The notes beneath the pieces are model-generated. The model searched no databases. It was not told where the DNA came from and saw only the letters and a list, made by a program, of their open reading frames with translations. 64,000 nt of DNA, from the NCBI GenBank assembly GCA_963664325.2, contig CAXXDQ010000007.1, positions 320,001 through 384,000 on the forward strand, written 5' to 3'. Shown in pieces: positions 1 through 10,878 of this stretch; position 1 is the first letter of the stretch; every line of letters starts with the position of its first letter. The DNA comes from Desulfomonilia bacterium. Lineage in GTDB: Bacteria; Desulfobacterota; Desulfomonilia; UBA1062. The translations under genes were made by a program, and so were the position numbers.

Positions 1-393
1 AAAAGCGGTTTCAAGCGGAATGCCGGAGCGTATCAGAGTCGTGCGCGGTCTTATGTAGGCAAACAGGCCGGCCGGAAGGTTTACACGTTCGATTGTCTGG
101 AAAAGCAGATATTCTCCCTCTTTAATCGTATAGATGCCGTCCGGTGCGGATTCAATATCCATGAGCTTCTCGATTTCCGGGGTAATCCTGGTGTCCCGCA
201 AAAGTTCCGCCCTGCCGAGAGGTTTGAAAATGGCCCCCAGCCTGAGGTCAAGGGTTGTCCCCTCGATCCCTTCCGTCTGATCCGGTGAGAGCAGCTCGAC
301 AAGCGGCTTAAAGGTCATTTTGCCCGTTTCATGGTCTTCGACTTCAACTCCGTTCTTCACAAGGTCGAGAATCCTGTCCGCACCCAATATCAC
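1..393 (-). CDS. dCTP deaminase / trimeric dUTPase superfamily protein (3' part outside window)
   Basis: Not in the ORF track. Manual translation from GTG at 393 gives MILGADRIL...GTTLDLRLG...TIERVNLPAGLFAYIRPRTTLIRSGI..., open to base 1. The start overlaps the upstream stop (GTGA). Confidence 0.75.
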   Translation of the reverse strand, partial: MILGADRILDLVKNGVEVEDHETGKMTFKPLVELLSPDQTEGIEGTTLDLRLGAIFKPLGRAELLRDTRITPEIEKLMDIESAPDGIYTIKEGEYLLFQTIERVNLPAGLFAYIRPRTTLIRSGIPLETAF

Positions 394-950
394 TGAATCC
401 TCCTTCGTGATGTGTCTGGCTGCAGGAACTCAACCGCGTATTTAATTATATTTTCAGTCAATTTTTTCTCTTCAAGTTTTACCTGACTAAGGGATAAGAC
501 TTTTTTCCAATAATTATCCCGTTTTGCAACAGGAGACTCATATCCATACTCATAAATGATTTTTGAAATTCCTGACATGACAATAAGTTTTGCGCAGGTG
601 ATGCAGGGCTCCAGCGTACAATAAATGGTGGCTCCTTCAAGCGAGACTCCTATTTTAGCAGCAAGGGCTATAGCATTTGCTTCAGCATGAGCCGAACGGC
701 ACATATCATATTTATCAGATTTTATTGCCTTGGTATGGGCACGTCGAAAACATTTATTTTCCTCAGAACAATGTGCTTGCCCCGGCAGGGAACCGTTATA
801 TCCTGTTGTTAAAACCTGTTTATCCTTGACGATGATTGCACCTGTTGGCCTGGATAAACAAGTTGAACGTGAAGCTGCAAGCTTGGCCAGCATCATGAAA
901 TACTCATCCCATGTGGGTCTCTTCACTTTAGGCTCTCCTGAACTGGGCAT
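390..950 (-). CDS. dCMP deaminase (ComEB/DCTD family)
   Basis: RPTWDEYFM, RSTC, TGYNG, HAEANA and PCxxC zinc motifs. Confidence 0.93.
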   Translation of the reverse strand: MPSSGEPKVKRPTWDEYFMMLAKLAASRSTCLSRPTGAIIVKDKQVLTTGYNGSLPGQAHCSEENKCFRRAHTKAIKSDKYDMCRSAHAEANAIALAAKIGVSLEGATIYCTLEPCITCAKLIVMSGISKIIYEYGYESPVAKRDNYWKKVLSLSQVKLEEKKLTENIIKYAVEFLQPDTSRRRIQ

Positions 951-1084
951 TCTATCCCGGAATCGGATATGTAAAAAAAATCATGTGCAGTCATTCCGGG
1001 AAATAATTCCATAACTCTATCAGAACTGGATATCAAAGCAAGTTTTAGGTTGAAATTTTTTCTTAAAAAAAAATATTTTAGTGC

Positions 1085-1098
1085 TTGACTCAAGTCAA
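1085..1098. promoter_or_regulatory. Crp/Fnr-family (HcpR-type) operator TTGAC-N4-GTCAA
   Basis: Palindrome TTGACtcaaGTCAA 56 bp upstream of the cupin-hcp operon. It resembles the HcpR motif described for Geobacter/Desulfuromonas. Confidence 0.7.
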
Positions 1099-1154
1099 AC
1101 CTGTTACCATCCACTCGTGTTATTTAAATGTTAATAAATTAAAGGAGAGAGAAA

Positions 1155-1481
1155 ATGATCAACCTGTATAAAGATATACCCTATGAATCCGAAACCATGG
1201 GTAAAAGGTTTCTTGTAATGAGGGATGACCTCAGGATCGTCCAGGTGGCTTTGAAGGCAGGCCAATCGATACCTGAACATGTCACGGACGGCAATGTCAG
1301 CATCCTTGTACTTAAAGGTGAACTCAATATATTTGCATCAGGCAAAAGCGAACCTGCCGCCGAAGGGTCTTTCACCGGCATCCAGTCAGATACGAAAATG
1401 CGGGTAAGCAACAACTCGGTCAATGACGCGACATTCATGATCATAAAAACGCCAAAACCCGGAACCAAGCTGCAGATATAA
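1155..1481 (+). CDS. cupin domain protein
   Basis: LKAGQSIPEH...VLKGEL cupin pattern; AAGGAG RBS; lies directly upstream of hcp. Confidence 0.85.
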   Translation: MINLYKDIPYESETMGKRFLVMRDDLRIVQVALKAGQSIPEHVTDGNVSILVLKGELNIFASGKSEPAAEGSFTGIQSDTKMRVSNNSVNDATFMIIKTPKPGTKLQI

Positions 1482-1503
1482 AAAATCAAGTAAGGAGGAA
1501 TAT

Positions 1504-3126
1504 ATGTTCTGTAACCAGTGTGAGCAGACGGCCAAAGGAACCGGATGCAACATATCCGGAGTGTGCGGGAAGAAACCAGAGGTATCAGCCCTAATGGATA
1601 ATCTGATTTTCGGTCTTAAGGGTTTGTCGGTTTACATGGCCATTCTAAAAGAACAGGCCGGGATATCCGATGATGCAATCAACCGTTATACTCTCGAAGC
1701 CCTGTTCAGCACCGTAACGAATGTGAATTTTGACCCTGAAAGGCTTGTGGAAATACTGAAAAATTGCCGGACCATGATCAATGCCGCAAAAAAACTCTGT
1801 GAAAGTTCAGGCGTAAAGGTCCCTGCAAACGAATATACCTCATGGGATCCGGGAACCGGTACGGATGCAATGATTGAGCAGGGTAATGCACATGGCCTGA
1901 GCACATGGAGTTCCGATCCAGATATTCTTTCGGCTATCGAAATTCTGCTTTTCGGAATAAAGGGCGTTGCAGCTTACACGGACCATGCATACCTGCTCGG
2001 GAAAAAAGACGATGAGATATTCGTCTTCATACACAAGGCCCTGGCTGCCATGACTGACAGATCGCTGAGCCTTAATGATTATGTTGAGCTTATCCTGGAG
2101 TGCGGGAAAATAAATATAAGGGCCATGGAAATTCTTAATAACGGCCACAAAGAGCATTTCGGGACCCCGGTTCCCACTTCTGTCAGCCTCGGTACCAAGG
2201 CCGGCAAGGCTATCCTTGTATCGGGCCATGATCTGCTGGATCTTGAATGCCTGCTAAAACAGACCGAAGAAAAAGGCATAAACATCTATACGCATGGAGA
2301 AATGCTGCCGGCGCATGCATATCCAGGACTTAGGAAATACAGTCATCTGGCAGGCAACTATGGCAGCGCCTGGCAGAACCAGCAGAAGGAATTTCCTGAA
2401 TTCCCGGGTGCAATTCTCATGACGACCAACTGCATTCAGAAACCTCAGGAAAGCTATTTGGAAAATATCTTCACGACAGGTCTCGTAGCCTGGCCTGGTG
2501 TGAAACACGTCACAAGGGATGATTTTTCCGCCGTGATAAACCGCGCCCTTGAACTGCCGGGTTTCACAGAACAGCCCGGCAGAAATATCACGGTGGGTTT
2601 CGGGCATGACGCAGTGCTGGGCGTCGCGGAAAGGGTCATTGCCGCAGTAAAGGACGGAGATATTAAACACTTCTTTCTAGTCGGAGGCTGCGACGGAGCA
2701 AAACCGGGCAGGAATTACTTCACGGAATTTGCCGAAAAGGTGCCTAAAGACTGTTTAATACTGACACTTGCCTGTGGCAAATACCGCTTCAACAAACTGG
2801 ATTTCGGCGACATCGGGGGCATTCCCAGGCTTCTTGATGTCGGCCAGTGCAATGATGCCTTCTCTGCTGTTCAGATTGCGCATGCTCTGGCAAACGCATT
2901 TAAATGCGGGGTAAATGATCTTCCGCTGTCATTTGTCCTGTCATGGTATGAGCAGAAGGCGGTCGCAATACTGTTGAGCCTGCTTTTCCTTGGTATTAAA
3001 AATATCAGGCTCGGTCCCACACTGCCGGCATTTGTTTCGCCAAACGTGCTTGAATTTCTGGCAAATAACTTCAATATCATGCCGATTACGACACCGGATG
3101 AGGACCTGAAGACAATCCTTGGATAA
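1504..3126 (+). CDS. hcp: hybrid cluster protein (hydroxylamine reductase)
   Basis: MFCNQCEQT...C...GVCGK N-terminus; SGHDL, YTHGEMLPAH, GGCDG, GQCND and SWYEQKAV motifs. Confidence 0.98.
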   Translation: MFCNQCEQTAKGTGCNISGVCGKKPEVSALMDNLIFGLKGLSVYMAILKEQAGISDDAINRYTLEALFSTVTNVNFDPERLVEILKNCRTMINAAKKLCESSGVKVPANEYTSWDPGTGTDAMIEQGNAHGLSTWSSDPDILSAIEILLFGIKGVAAYTDHAYLLGKKDDEIFVFIHKALAAMTDRSLSLNDYVELILECGKINIRAMEILNNGHKEHFGTPVPTSVSLGTKAGKAILVSGHDLLDLECLLKQTEEKGINIYTHGEMLPAHAYPGLRKYSHLAGNYGSAWQNQQKEFPEFPGAILMTTNCIQKPQESYLENIFTTGLVAWPGVKHVTRDDFSAVINRALELPGFTEQPGRNITVGFGHDAVLGVAERVIAAVKDGDIKHFFLVGGCDGAKPGRNYFTEFAEKVPKDCLILTLACGKYRFNKLDFGDIGGIPRLLDVGQCNDAFSAVQIAHALANAFKCGVNDLPLSFVLSWYEQKAVAILLSLLFLGIKNIRLGPTLPAFVSPNVLEFLANNFNIMPITTPDEDLKTILG

Positions 3127-3132
3127 ATGATC

Positions 3133-3161
3133 TTCATCTCCCCTTTATGAGGGGAGATGAA
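3133..3161. terminator. hairpin between convergent genes
   Basis: 12-bp inverted repeat TTCATCTCCCCT / AGGGGAGATGAA just after the hcp stop. Confidence 0.6.
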
Positions 3162-3202
3162 TCTCTCCCCCTGAATGTTTCTCCAGCCATCGACATGCGT
3201 CT

Positions 3203-3610
3203 TCAGGATGGCAGAACAACTGTTGTAAAAGTGCTGGTATAACGCTCTCCAAACACGTTACCAAAAACATCTTCAACCACGGCAGTTATAATGATGGTAT
3301 ACTGAGTATCACCTTCAAGATCATCATCGGGTGTGAACAATATCGCATTTGCAGATGCCTCGGTCAGGATTCCGCTGACAGGCACTCCTGTTGCGGTGTT
3401 GAGAACATTGAAGCCAGCTCCCAGAACGATCGTATCCCAATTCAGATTGCTGTTGAACGTCACAGTTATCGCTTGATTCAATGGAACATTCGTAGCACCG
3501 TCTGGCGGATCTACTGATGTAATCCCGAACTCCCAGCTAGAAGAATCCGTTCCGCAGGAACTTGTTATGAAAGCAAAAAATACAAGGAAAATAATATGTC
3601 TTATCTTCAT
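3203..3610 (-). CDS. lipoprotein with bacterial Ig-like (Big_5-type) domain
   Basis: Lipobox ITSSC; P.DGATNVP.N..ITVTFN, LFTP...L...TQYT pattern; AAGGAGG RBS favours ATG 3610. Confidence 0.8.
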   Translation of the reverse strand: MKIRHIIFLVFFAFITSSCGTDSSSWEFGITSVDPPDGATNVPLNQAITVTFNSNLNWDTIVLGAGFNVLNTATGVPVSGILTEASANAILFTPDDDLEGDTQYTIIITAVVEDVFGNVFGERYTSTFTTVVLPS

Positions 3611-3725
3611 ATGAGACACCTCCTTTAATATATGTTTCTGTTATCGGAATTTACCTGGCAATTAGTTAATACTTTTTGGGATTGAAATGACGGCCACCGG
3701 TTGTACCGGCGGCCGGTTGGAAGGT

Positions 3726-5516
3726 TTACGCGTAAAGCGAATCGATCATGTCCATATACTTCTTTAAAACCTCACGGCGCTTGAGCTTCAGTGTGGGTGT
3801 AAGCATTCCGTTCTCTGTAGTGAAGCCTTCACTCAGAAGTAAAATCTTTTTAGGAAGCTCGTAACTGGCAAATGCGTCTTTCAGATGGTTGTATATCTCT
3901 TCCTCATACATCTTGATTACGGCCGGATTCTTGACAAATTCATTCCTGTCCGCTGGCAGCCCTTTTTCCTTGGCTACCTTTTCCATAACCAGAAAATCAG
4001 GAACTACCACGCAAACCGTAAAAGGTTTGTTGAGCCCGAAAATCATCGCCTGCTCTACACTGGGCAGTAATTTTACATGCTCTTCCATTGCAGAGGGATA
4101 AACAAATTTTCCATTTTCAAGTTTGAACTGCTCCTTGATCCTGCCAGTTATATAAAGGAACCCATCCTTGTCGACAAAGGCCCTGTCACCTGTCCTCAAT
4201 CCTCCGTCTTCAGTCATTGTAGCCTTTGTTTCCTCCGGTTTGTTGTGGTAGCCCTGCATGACATTCGGACCGTAGACAACGAGCTCTCCCTCTACTGAAT
4301 CATCATCCATGCCGGTCCTGTCTATTACCAGCCTGACCTTGTCAATCGCCTTGCCGCAGCTGCCTATTTTGTAATCGGCAGGTGTGTTGACTGTCCCGGC
4401 AGGAGAAATCTCGGTCATTCCCCAGGCCTCATAGACAGGGATGCCGATATCAAACATGAATTGTGCTATATGTGCGCTGAGCGCCGCGCTTGAACTGATG
4501 GAAAGCTGAAGGTTCCCGCCGAAAAGCTCCCTCAGTTTGCTGTAAACGATCTTATCAACAATAGCCAGCTTGATAGAGTTTATCAGGCTTGATTTTCCCT
4601 GTTTAGCAAGTTCACGTTTCTTCTTGTGTTCCTCTATACCCATGTTGAAGAGCTTCTGTGCAAGACCTCCCTTATCGCTGATTTTTTTCTGGATTCCGTC
4701 ATACACCCTGTTAAATATGCGCGGAACAGAAACGAGCATGGTCGGTTTTACAAGCTGCAGATCGCCTACTATCGTTGCAGGACTTTCCGCAAAACCCGTT
4801 GAACCGCCTAGCTTGAGCAGTGTATTAAGCTCGGCGGTCTGTCCGTACGAATGCGCCCAGGGAAGGAATGACAGGGTACTGGTTTTATCATTAAGCATAT
4901 GGAATGATTTGCACAGGGCATGCACCTGGCTTGAGAAGTTGCCATGGGAAAGCAGGACCCCTTTGGGATCGCCCGTTGTCCCTGATGTATAGATCAGTCC
5001 CGCTATGTCGTCAGCTGTCGGCCTTATTGCAGGAACGATTTTTTTCAAGCCGTTATCCATGAGCTCCTGGTAGCTGTTGGGACCTTTTTCGTCGATGATT
5101 ATTACATGTTTGAGAGTTTCGATCTCTTTCATCCACGCCTGAGCGCTTTCATATATTGTCCTCTTTGACACAAACAGCACCTTCACTCCGCTGTCCTTGA
5201 GTATATATTTCTGAACCTTCTCAAGCTCGGCCTCGTACATGGGCACGAACAGGGCTCCCACACCGTAAGAGGCATAGCAGCAGACCGCCCACTCGGTACG
5301 GTTGTTTGCGATTATGCCCACAGCATCGCCCTTTTTGACTCCAAGACCTGCAAGCCCGCTTCTGATGCCGTCAACCATACGGCTGACATCCGAATAGGTT
5401 ACCCATTCATAAACCTGGCTGCTGTTTTTTGTCCCGAAAAGACGGTTGTTTGCATACTTTTTAACGCTGTCTTCAAAAATCTCAACAAGGTTATCCGGTT
5501 TATCCAATACGTACAT
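3726..5516 (-). CDS. long-chain fatty acid--CoA ligase
   Basis: YTSGTTGDPKG AMP-binding motif; WGMTE, RTGD and TPTLKLKR motifs. Confidence 0.93.
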   Translation of the reverse strand: MYVLDKPDNLVEIFEDSVKKYANNRLFGTKNSSQVYEWVTYSDVSRMVDGIRSGLAGLGVKKGDAVGIIANNRTEWAVCCYASYGVGALFVPMYEAELEKVQKYILKDSGVKVLFVSKRTIYESAQAWMKEIETLKHVIIIDEKGPNSYQELMDNGLKKIVPAIRPTADDIAGLIYTSGTTGDPKGVLLSHGNFSSQVHALCKSFHMLNDKTSTLSFLPWAHSYGQTAELNTLLKLGGSTGFAESPATIVGDLQLVKPTMLVSVPRIFNRVYDGIQKKISDKGGLAQKLFNMGIEEHKKKRELAKQGKSSLINSIKLAIVDKIVYSKLRELFGGNLQLSISSSAALSAHIAQFMFDIGIPVYEAWGMTEISPAGTVNTPADYKIGSCGKAIDKVRLVIDRTGMDDDSVEGELVVYGPNVMQGYHNKPEETKATMTEDGGLRTGDRAFVDKDGFLYITGRIKEQFKLENGKFVYPSAMEEHVKLLPSVEQAMIFGLNKPFTVCVVVPDFLVMEKVAKEKGLPADRNEFVKNPAVIKMYEEEIYNHLKDAFASYELPKKILLLSEGFTTENGMLTPTLKLKRREVLKKYMDMIDSLYA

Positions 5517-5675
5517 ATTTATATCCTCCAATCATTTATTGATTTCTGTTGTTATCATATTTCCTGTTCACGGTAATGCTATTTTAACAACTGATGATTC
5601 CAACCTGGGTTTCATTGGATCTTAAGCCTTCACTAAAAATAAGACATCTTATCAAAAAAGGAAGGGGCAGACCTA

Positions 5676-6602
5676 CTATTCTTTTATCCGCCCTGAGCTT
5701 TTCATTTTATCATACACATCCGGATAAAGTCTATTAAGACAATCAGGACACAGGCCATGTGACATATCCGCATATGAATGGTTCTGTATGTATACTGCTA
5801 CATCCTCCCAGAATCCTTCGTCGTTTCTGATTTTTTTGCAGTACATGCATATGGGTACTATGCCGCGCAGGGTTTTTATCTCCTCCAATGAAACCTGAAG
5901 TTTACGTTTTTCCAGGACAAGCTGTTCTGCATTTTTTATTATATCATCGGTACTTCTTTCGGTATGAAGCACATAAACGGTTATCGGCATAAGGCTGGCG
6001 AAAACAACGCTTATGAGAAAATACAGGGACTGTACTGTTGTCTGGGAAATGTAAAAATGTTTTTCCCAGGCGATATCAAAAGAGGCGTATATCGCCCTTA
6101 CAATCCCTATGAAGGCATAGATGGCAAACACTAAAATCCCCACAAGCCTACCCGAACCATATATCTTTTTATCCAGCCTGGACAGAATGTATGCCCCGTA
6201 ACCAAGACCGAAAACCATCGATGCCGCACTGCTTTGAAGTGCAATTATATTCTTTTTGAAAAGCACCACACCTGAAAGTGATATCAGGGAAAAACCGGCC
6301 GCTGACAAAACGTACATCCTAACCCTTGTGCCGGGGTTTTCAAAAACATTTACTGCAAAGGCAAAAAACGGCCATAGAAACGTCAGCAGGCAGATATATA
6401 TTTTCCAGATTACCGGAATTTCTGTGTATGAATAATAAAAACCGACAATATTTACAAAAATCATATACATGGTAGCAAAACTGAATATCAGTGCGGTTTT
6501 AGAATTCGTGTTCTTCCAGAGTATCAGGTAATAAATCAGCGAGAACAGCTCTATTATGTAAAGGACAACTGTTAAAGTCGGTATACTTAATTGCTGCAAC
6601 AC
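5676..6602 (-). CDS. multi-pass membrane protein with C-terminal Cys-rich (PICxxCKKIR...SHGLCPDC) domain
   Basis: About 7 hydrophobic segments, a short coiled coil, then CMYCKKIR...W...SHGLCPDC. Confidence 0.8.
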   Translation of the reverse strand: MLQQLSIPTLTVVLYIIELFSLIYYLILWKNTNSKTALIFSFATMYMIFVNIVGFYYSYTEIPVIWKIYICLLTFLWPFFAFAVNVFENPGTRVRMYVLSAAGFSLISLSGVVLFKKNIIALQSSAASMVFGLGYGAYILSRLDKKIYGSGRLVGILVFAIYAFIGIVRAIYASFDIAWEKHFYISQTTVQSLYFLISVVFASLMPITVYVLHTERSTDDIIKNAEQLVLEKRKLQVSLEEIKTLRGIVPICMYCKKIRNDEGFWEDVAVYIQNHSYADMSHGLCPDCLNRLYPDVYDKMKSSGRIKE

Positions 6603-7169
6603 AGGAAACGTCCTTCCCCCCGGTAAAGTTTTTTAATGTGCGGCAATCATCGTGGATGTTTCAAATTCCGCATTGTATAAAGCTTCCGAGCGCCCGGTCC
6701 GGCAATCGCCAATATATTCTTTCAAAATAAATTTGCCTGTTTCCTCATCATCGCCGGGTGCTGATGAATCGCCAGGGTATGTTTTAACATAAGCTGCAAA
6801 AATGTCTTCAAGATTCTCCCATTCGATTTTCTCATCCTCTTTCAGGAGAGCTCATGTACCGATATATTCAAGCTATTAATAAAGCCCTGAAGCCCATTCA
6901 AAAATCGAGTTTAAACGTTTATGATGGTAGTGGATCAAATAAAACCATCTTGGATAAATTTCCCGTGGTTGTTATACAATCGACAAACCTATTGGTATGA
7001 AGCTCATAAGCTCTGTTAAGCCTGTATTTGACCTGGGCCTTCGGAACAAATACAAACTTTCCGCTTGTTTCTACAGAATCTAGCACTTTTCTTTCTCAGA
7101 ACGGTTGCCGTGCAATTGCTCACTTTCCAGGTTAGACACTCATTGCTTTACTACGAATAATTACAAGCA

Positions 7170-7478
7170 TCATTGAACAAAAATTATCCATGTCCTGTTC
7201 TGAGAGCTGCCACGAGGGTCTGTCACTTCAAGCTTCATCTGGTATGCGCCCTCCTTGTCAGGCGTGAATGTATAATGAAGTCCGTTGGCAGTATCCTCGA
7301 CATCCCCATAATACAGTGTCCATAAAGCATTGCTTGATTCCGGAAATACAGAGACACTGAATTCAAGGGTATCTCCCTTATCCATTGTAATAATAAAATC
7401 AGAAGGAGATGTTGAAACTATGCAGCCGTTAAGAATTAACAATGAAAGGACCAGCACCATCAGAGTAACTCTTTTCAT
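7170..7478 (-). CDS. small lipoprotein, PKD/Ig-like
   Basis: Lipobox LNGC; YTFTP..EG.Y...LEVTD pattern. Confidence 0.7.
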   Translation of the reverse strand: MKRVTLMVLVLSLLILNGCIVSTSPSDFIITMDKGDTLEFSVSVFPESSNALWTLYYGDVEDTANGLHYTFTPDKEGAYQMKLEVTDPRGSSQNRTWIIFVQ

Positions 7479-7588
7479 TGGATCCTCCTGTTAATGTAAT
7501 TGAATACTCGGATGCAGACTTACCGTTTCACATATACCATATGGCTCAGGCATATGCAAAAAATATATGATCTTTAATTCATAATATT

Positions 7589-9055
7589 CTACTGATGCTG
7601 AACCTCTTTCATTATCTGTGCATAGAACTGGATCATCTTTATATAGCTTTCAACCGGCGTACGTTCATTCGATGAATGTTCGGAATCTATCTCCTCGTCG
7701 GTAAGATATAGAGGCAGAAAGCCATAGACATCCGGAGTCAGATCTTTGTAAAACCTTGAATCCGATCCGCCGTTGTTTATGTAGGGCGAGAATACCAGAT
7801 CACGGTTATCTTTAAGAATCTGACATGTTGTTTTGACGATCAACCTATAGGCTGGCGAAGTAACGCTTGAGATGGGAGTCGGATCGTTTTTTACAGGTCT
7901 GGAAGAGATTTTCACCCTAGGGTCATCAATTACCTTTCTGGTCCTTGCGATCACCGAATCCATTGTGTCGCCCGGTTTGATCCTGAAGTTAACCGTTGCA
8001 CTGACCCTCTGGGGAAGGACATTCTCGGCGACGCCACCTTCAAGCATCGTTATTGCCGTTGTCGTTCTCTGCATGGAATCCATGAACGGGTCTCCCGACA
8101 GTATCGACTTTACCAGGGGGCCGGTCAGCCATGTGTTGTTGAGAACAAAGCTCAGGTAAGCGGGCATCTGGGGCGTCAATGGAGTTATCATGGTTTTAAC
8201 GGCCTTCAGGTCAGCAGGAAACTGGTTTTCCTCAAGCCTGATTATGGCCCTTGCAAGTATGGCGGCAGGCCCGTGCTGGCCGGGTACGGACGAATGGCCT
8301 CCCTTGTCTTCGACAACAAGATCCAGGGTCAGATAGCCTTTTTCCCCGATTGCAATGCCTGCTATCGGGCATCTAACGCCTATATCGGGAAATCCGTCAG
8401 TCTTTACCGCCCCGCCCTCATCAATGACAAACTCGGGGCTGACACCCTCGTTTTTAAGACGTTCGACAATCTTTGCAGCCCCGCCATATCCGCTGGTCTC
8501 CTCATCATAACCGAAACCCAGATAAATGGTACGGTCCGGTTTTAATCCCTCTTTCAAAAGTGTTTCCACCGATTCAAGCAGACCGGTCAAACAGGCCTTG
8601 TCATCCTGAGACCCTCTCCCCCATACAAAACCTTCTGCGGCTTTTCCGCTGAATGGGGGATATTTCCAGGTACTTTCAGTACCCCGTTCGACTGGCACTA
8701 CATCCATATGGGCAATGAAGATTCCAGGCTTTAATGCCGGGTTGCTCCCCTGCCATTTGAACAGGAGCGCATATTTGTTGATCACTTCAAGCTTCAGGTT
8801 GGCGTTTACCAGCGGGAACGCGCTTTTCATCCAATTTTGCATGTCTATGAAAGGCTGCGCATCGAATGCCTTGCCTTCTTCAGGCGAAATTGTTTTGAAT
8901 TGAACAGCCTCGCTCAGGTGTTTTATCGCAAGGTCTTTATCTACCTTTACCGTGTCGACCTTCGGATATTCCTCAACTTTTGCCGTATGGGCACAGCCTG
9001 CAATCAGTAAAGCCGCCAATAACGTCAAAAAGATATTTCCAACCGTATTTTTCAT
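7589..9055 (-). CDS. M20 family metallopeptidase/amidohydrolase lipoprotein (PM20D1/CPS1-like)
   Basis: Lipobox IAGC; AHMDVVP, WGRGSQDDK, DEE, DEGG, GGHSS and C-terminal H..NER motifs. Confidence 0.9.
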   Translation of the reverse strand: MKNTVGNIFLTLLAALLIAGCAHTAKVEEYPKVDTVKVDKDLAIKHLSEAVQFKTISPEEGKAFDAQPFIDMQNWMKSAFPLVNANLKLEVINKYALLFKWQGSNPALKPGIFIAHMDVVPVERGTESTWKYPPFSGKAAEGFVWGRGSQDDKACLTGLLESVETLLKEGLKPDRTIYLGFGYDEETSGYGGAAKIVERLKNEGVSPEFVIDEGGAVKTDGFPDIGVRCPIAGIAIGEKGYLTLDLVVEDKGGHSSVPGQHGPAAILARAIIRLEENQFPADLKAVKTMITPLTPQMPAYLSFVLNNTWLTGPLVKSILSGDPFMDSMQRTTTAITMLEGGVAENVLPQRVSATVNFRIKPGDTMDSVIARTRKVIDDPRVKISSRPVKNDPTPISSVTSPAYRLIVKTTCQILKDNRDLVFSPYINNGGSDSRFYKDLTPDVYGFLPLYLTDEEIDSEHSSNERTPVESYIKMIQFYAQIMKEVQHQ

Positions 9056-9085
9056 ATTGAATCCTCCAAAATTATTAAAAACGAT

Positions 9086-9844
9086 TTATATTACTTTTGC
9101 AAGAAACGACTTTATACGCGGATGTTCCATTCTCACGGAGAAAATATCATCAGGATGCCCCTCGAATATGAAGCGGCCGTTATCCATGAATATCACCCTG
9201 TCGGCAAGCTCCCTTGCAAAACCCATCTGATGCGTCACTATCAGCATGGTCATCCCGTCTTCGGCCAGGCCGTGTATAGTGTTCAACACCTCACCGACAA
9301 GCTCGGGGTCCAGAGCCGAGGTCGGCTCGTCAAAAAGCATTATCATGGGCTGCATGGCCAATGCCCTTGCAATTGCCACGCGCTGTTTCTGCCCTCCAGA
9401 GAGGAACGCCGGGTATGCATTCTCCTTGTCAAGCAATCCGACCTTGCCGAGCAGTCCGAGTGCGTTTTTCCTTGCATCTGTCCTGTTCACCTTTTTGACC
9501 GTCACCGGGCCTTCCATGACGTTTTCAATTACGGTCATATGCGGGAACAGGTGAAAATGCTGAAATACCATTCCTATTTCCGAACGCAGCCTGCAGATGT
9601 TTTCCTGCCTGTCAAAAACAAGCTTTCCGCGCTTGTCAATTTTATATCCTGCTTCCCTTCCGTTCAGAAATATCTTCCCGTCATCAATTTTTTCCAGGAA
9701 ATTGATCATCCTTAACAGTGTCGATTTCCCGGAGCCTGAAGGGCCTATGATTACTATCTTCTCACCCCTGTCTATATTCAGGCTTACATTATCTACGGCC
9801 GTAACAGTGCCGAAGCGCTTGACGACATTTCTGAGCTCAATCAT
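9086..9844 (-). CDS. polar amino acid ABC transporter ATP-binding protein
   Basis: [35 protein letters not shown]. Confidence 0.96.
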   Translation of the reverse strand: MIELRNVVKRFGTVTAVDNVSLNIDRGEKIVIIGPSGSGKSTLLRMINFLEKIDDGKIFLNGREAGYKIDKRGKLVFDRQENICRLRSEIGMVFQHFHLFPHMTVIENVMEGPVTVKKVNRTDARKNALGLLGKVGLLDKENAYPAFLSGGQKQRVAIARALAMQPMIMLFDEPTSALDPELVGEVLNTIHGLAEDGMTMLIVTHQMGFARELADRVIFMDNGRFIFEGHPDDIFSVRMEHPRIKSFLAKVI

Positions 9845-10878
9845 CGGTTTTCATAGACCCCCAGCCTGTCTTCGATCCTTTTAAAAATAAGGGTGAAGAT
9901 GCTCGTCATGATAAGATAGATGATGGCAGCCTGAATGAGAATGAAGATGTTGAATGTCGCATTGAAAATCTGGTCCGCGGAACGCATAAGTTCAACCATT
10001 GCAATAGTCGAGACAAGCGCAGTATCCTTGATCAGCGCAATAAATTCGTTTCCGACCGGGGGTACGAGCCGCTTGTATGTCTGAGGTATGATGATCCGCC
10101 TCATGGCCTGCGGGTATGTCATGCCGATTGATTTTGCCGCCTCCATCTGTCCGGGATCGATGCTCTCGATTGCTCCCCTTATTATTTCGGCCAGGTAGGC
10201 CGAATAATTGATCCCTAGTCCCAATGCCGCCGCCGTAAAAGGTTTCAGCGTGATCCCCAGCTGCGGCAGTCCGTAATAGATGAAAAACAGCTGGAGCAGC
10301 AGGGGGGTTCCCCTGAATATCCATATATAAAGCCAGCAGGCATATGAAACGGGTCTCATCCGGCTGATCCGGCCCAGTGCCGTGAAAAGCCCTCCGAGAG
10401 GCGATATCAACATGGTCATGAAAACCAGGATCAATGTCATTGCCGACGCCTTCAGCAAGGTCGGCAGATAAGTTTTCATGTCTTTTAAAAACTTGAGCCA
10501 TCTGGGCATGCTGGCCGCATCGATCTGTGACATGAGATTGTTTGCTTCAATGTTATCGGGATAAAGACGCATCACTTCCCGGCAGACATCAGCTGATTTT
10601 GAATATTCCTCACGGCTGAAATATATCTTGGCCGCTTCCATTCTTGCACGGACATAGGTCCCGGGTTCTTCACTATCACGGGGTGCAGGAACAGCCTTGA
10701 AAAATTCCAGCGCTTTATCGAGCCTGCCTTCCTGCTGGGCCTTTGTCCCCTCTCCCAGCAGTTCACCGGGAGTCGGGGCAGCATATGCATGAATTGAAAG
10801 AAGGCAAAGAACTATTAATAAAGCAAAAGGCGTGAAAGATATCACGCCCTGATAATTACCTCTTTGTCGTGATGTCAT
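9841..10878 (-). CDS. amino acid ABC transporter permease with N-terminal signal peptide and TPR-like domain
   Basis: C-terminal [20 protein letters not shown] and GQMEAA (EAA) motifs; N-terminal hydrophobic segment and TPR-like helices. Confidence 0.9.
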   Translation of the reverse strand: MTSRQRGNYQGVISFTPFALLIVLCLLSIHAYAAPTPGELLGEGTKAQQEGRLDKALEFFKAVPAPRDSEEPGTYVRARMEAAKIYFSREEYSKSADVCREVMRLYPDNIEANNLMSQIDAASMPRWLKFLKDMKTYLPTLLKASAMTLILVFMTMLISPLGGLFTALGRISRMRPVSYACWLYIWIFRGTPLLLQLFFIYYGLPQLGITLKPFTAAALGLGINYSAYLAEIIRGAIESIDPGQMEAAKSIGMTYPQAMRRIIIPQTYKRLVPPVGNEFIALIKDTALVSTIAMVELMRSADQIFNATFNIFILIQAAIIYLIMTSIFTLIFKRIEDRLGVYENR

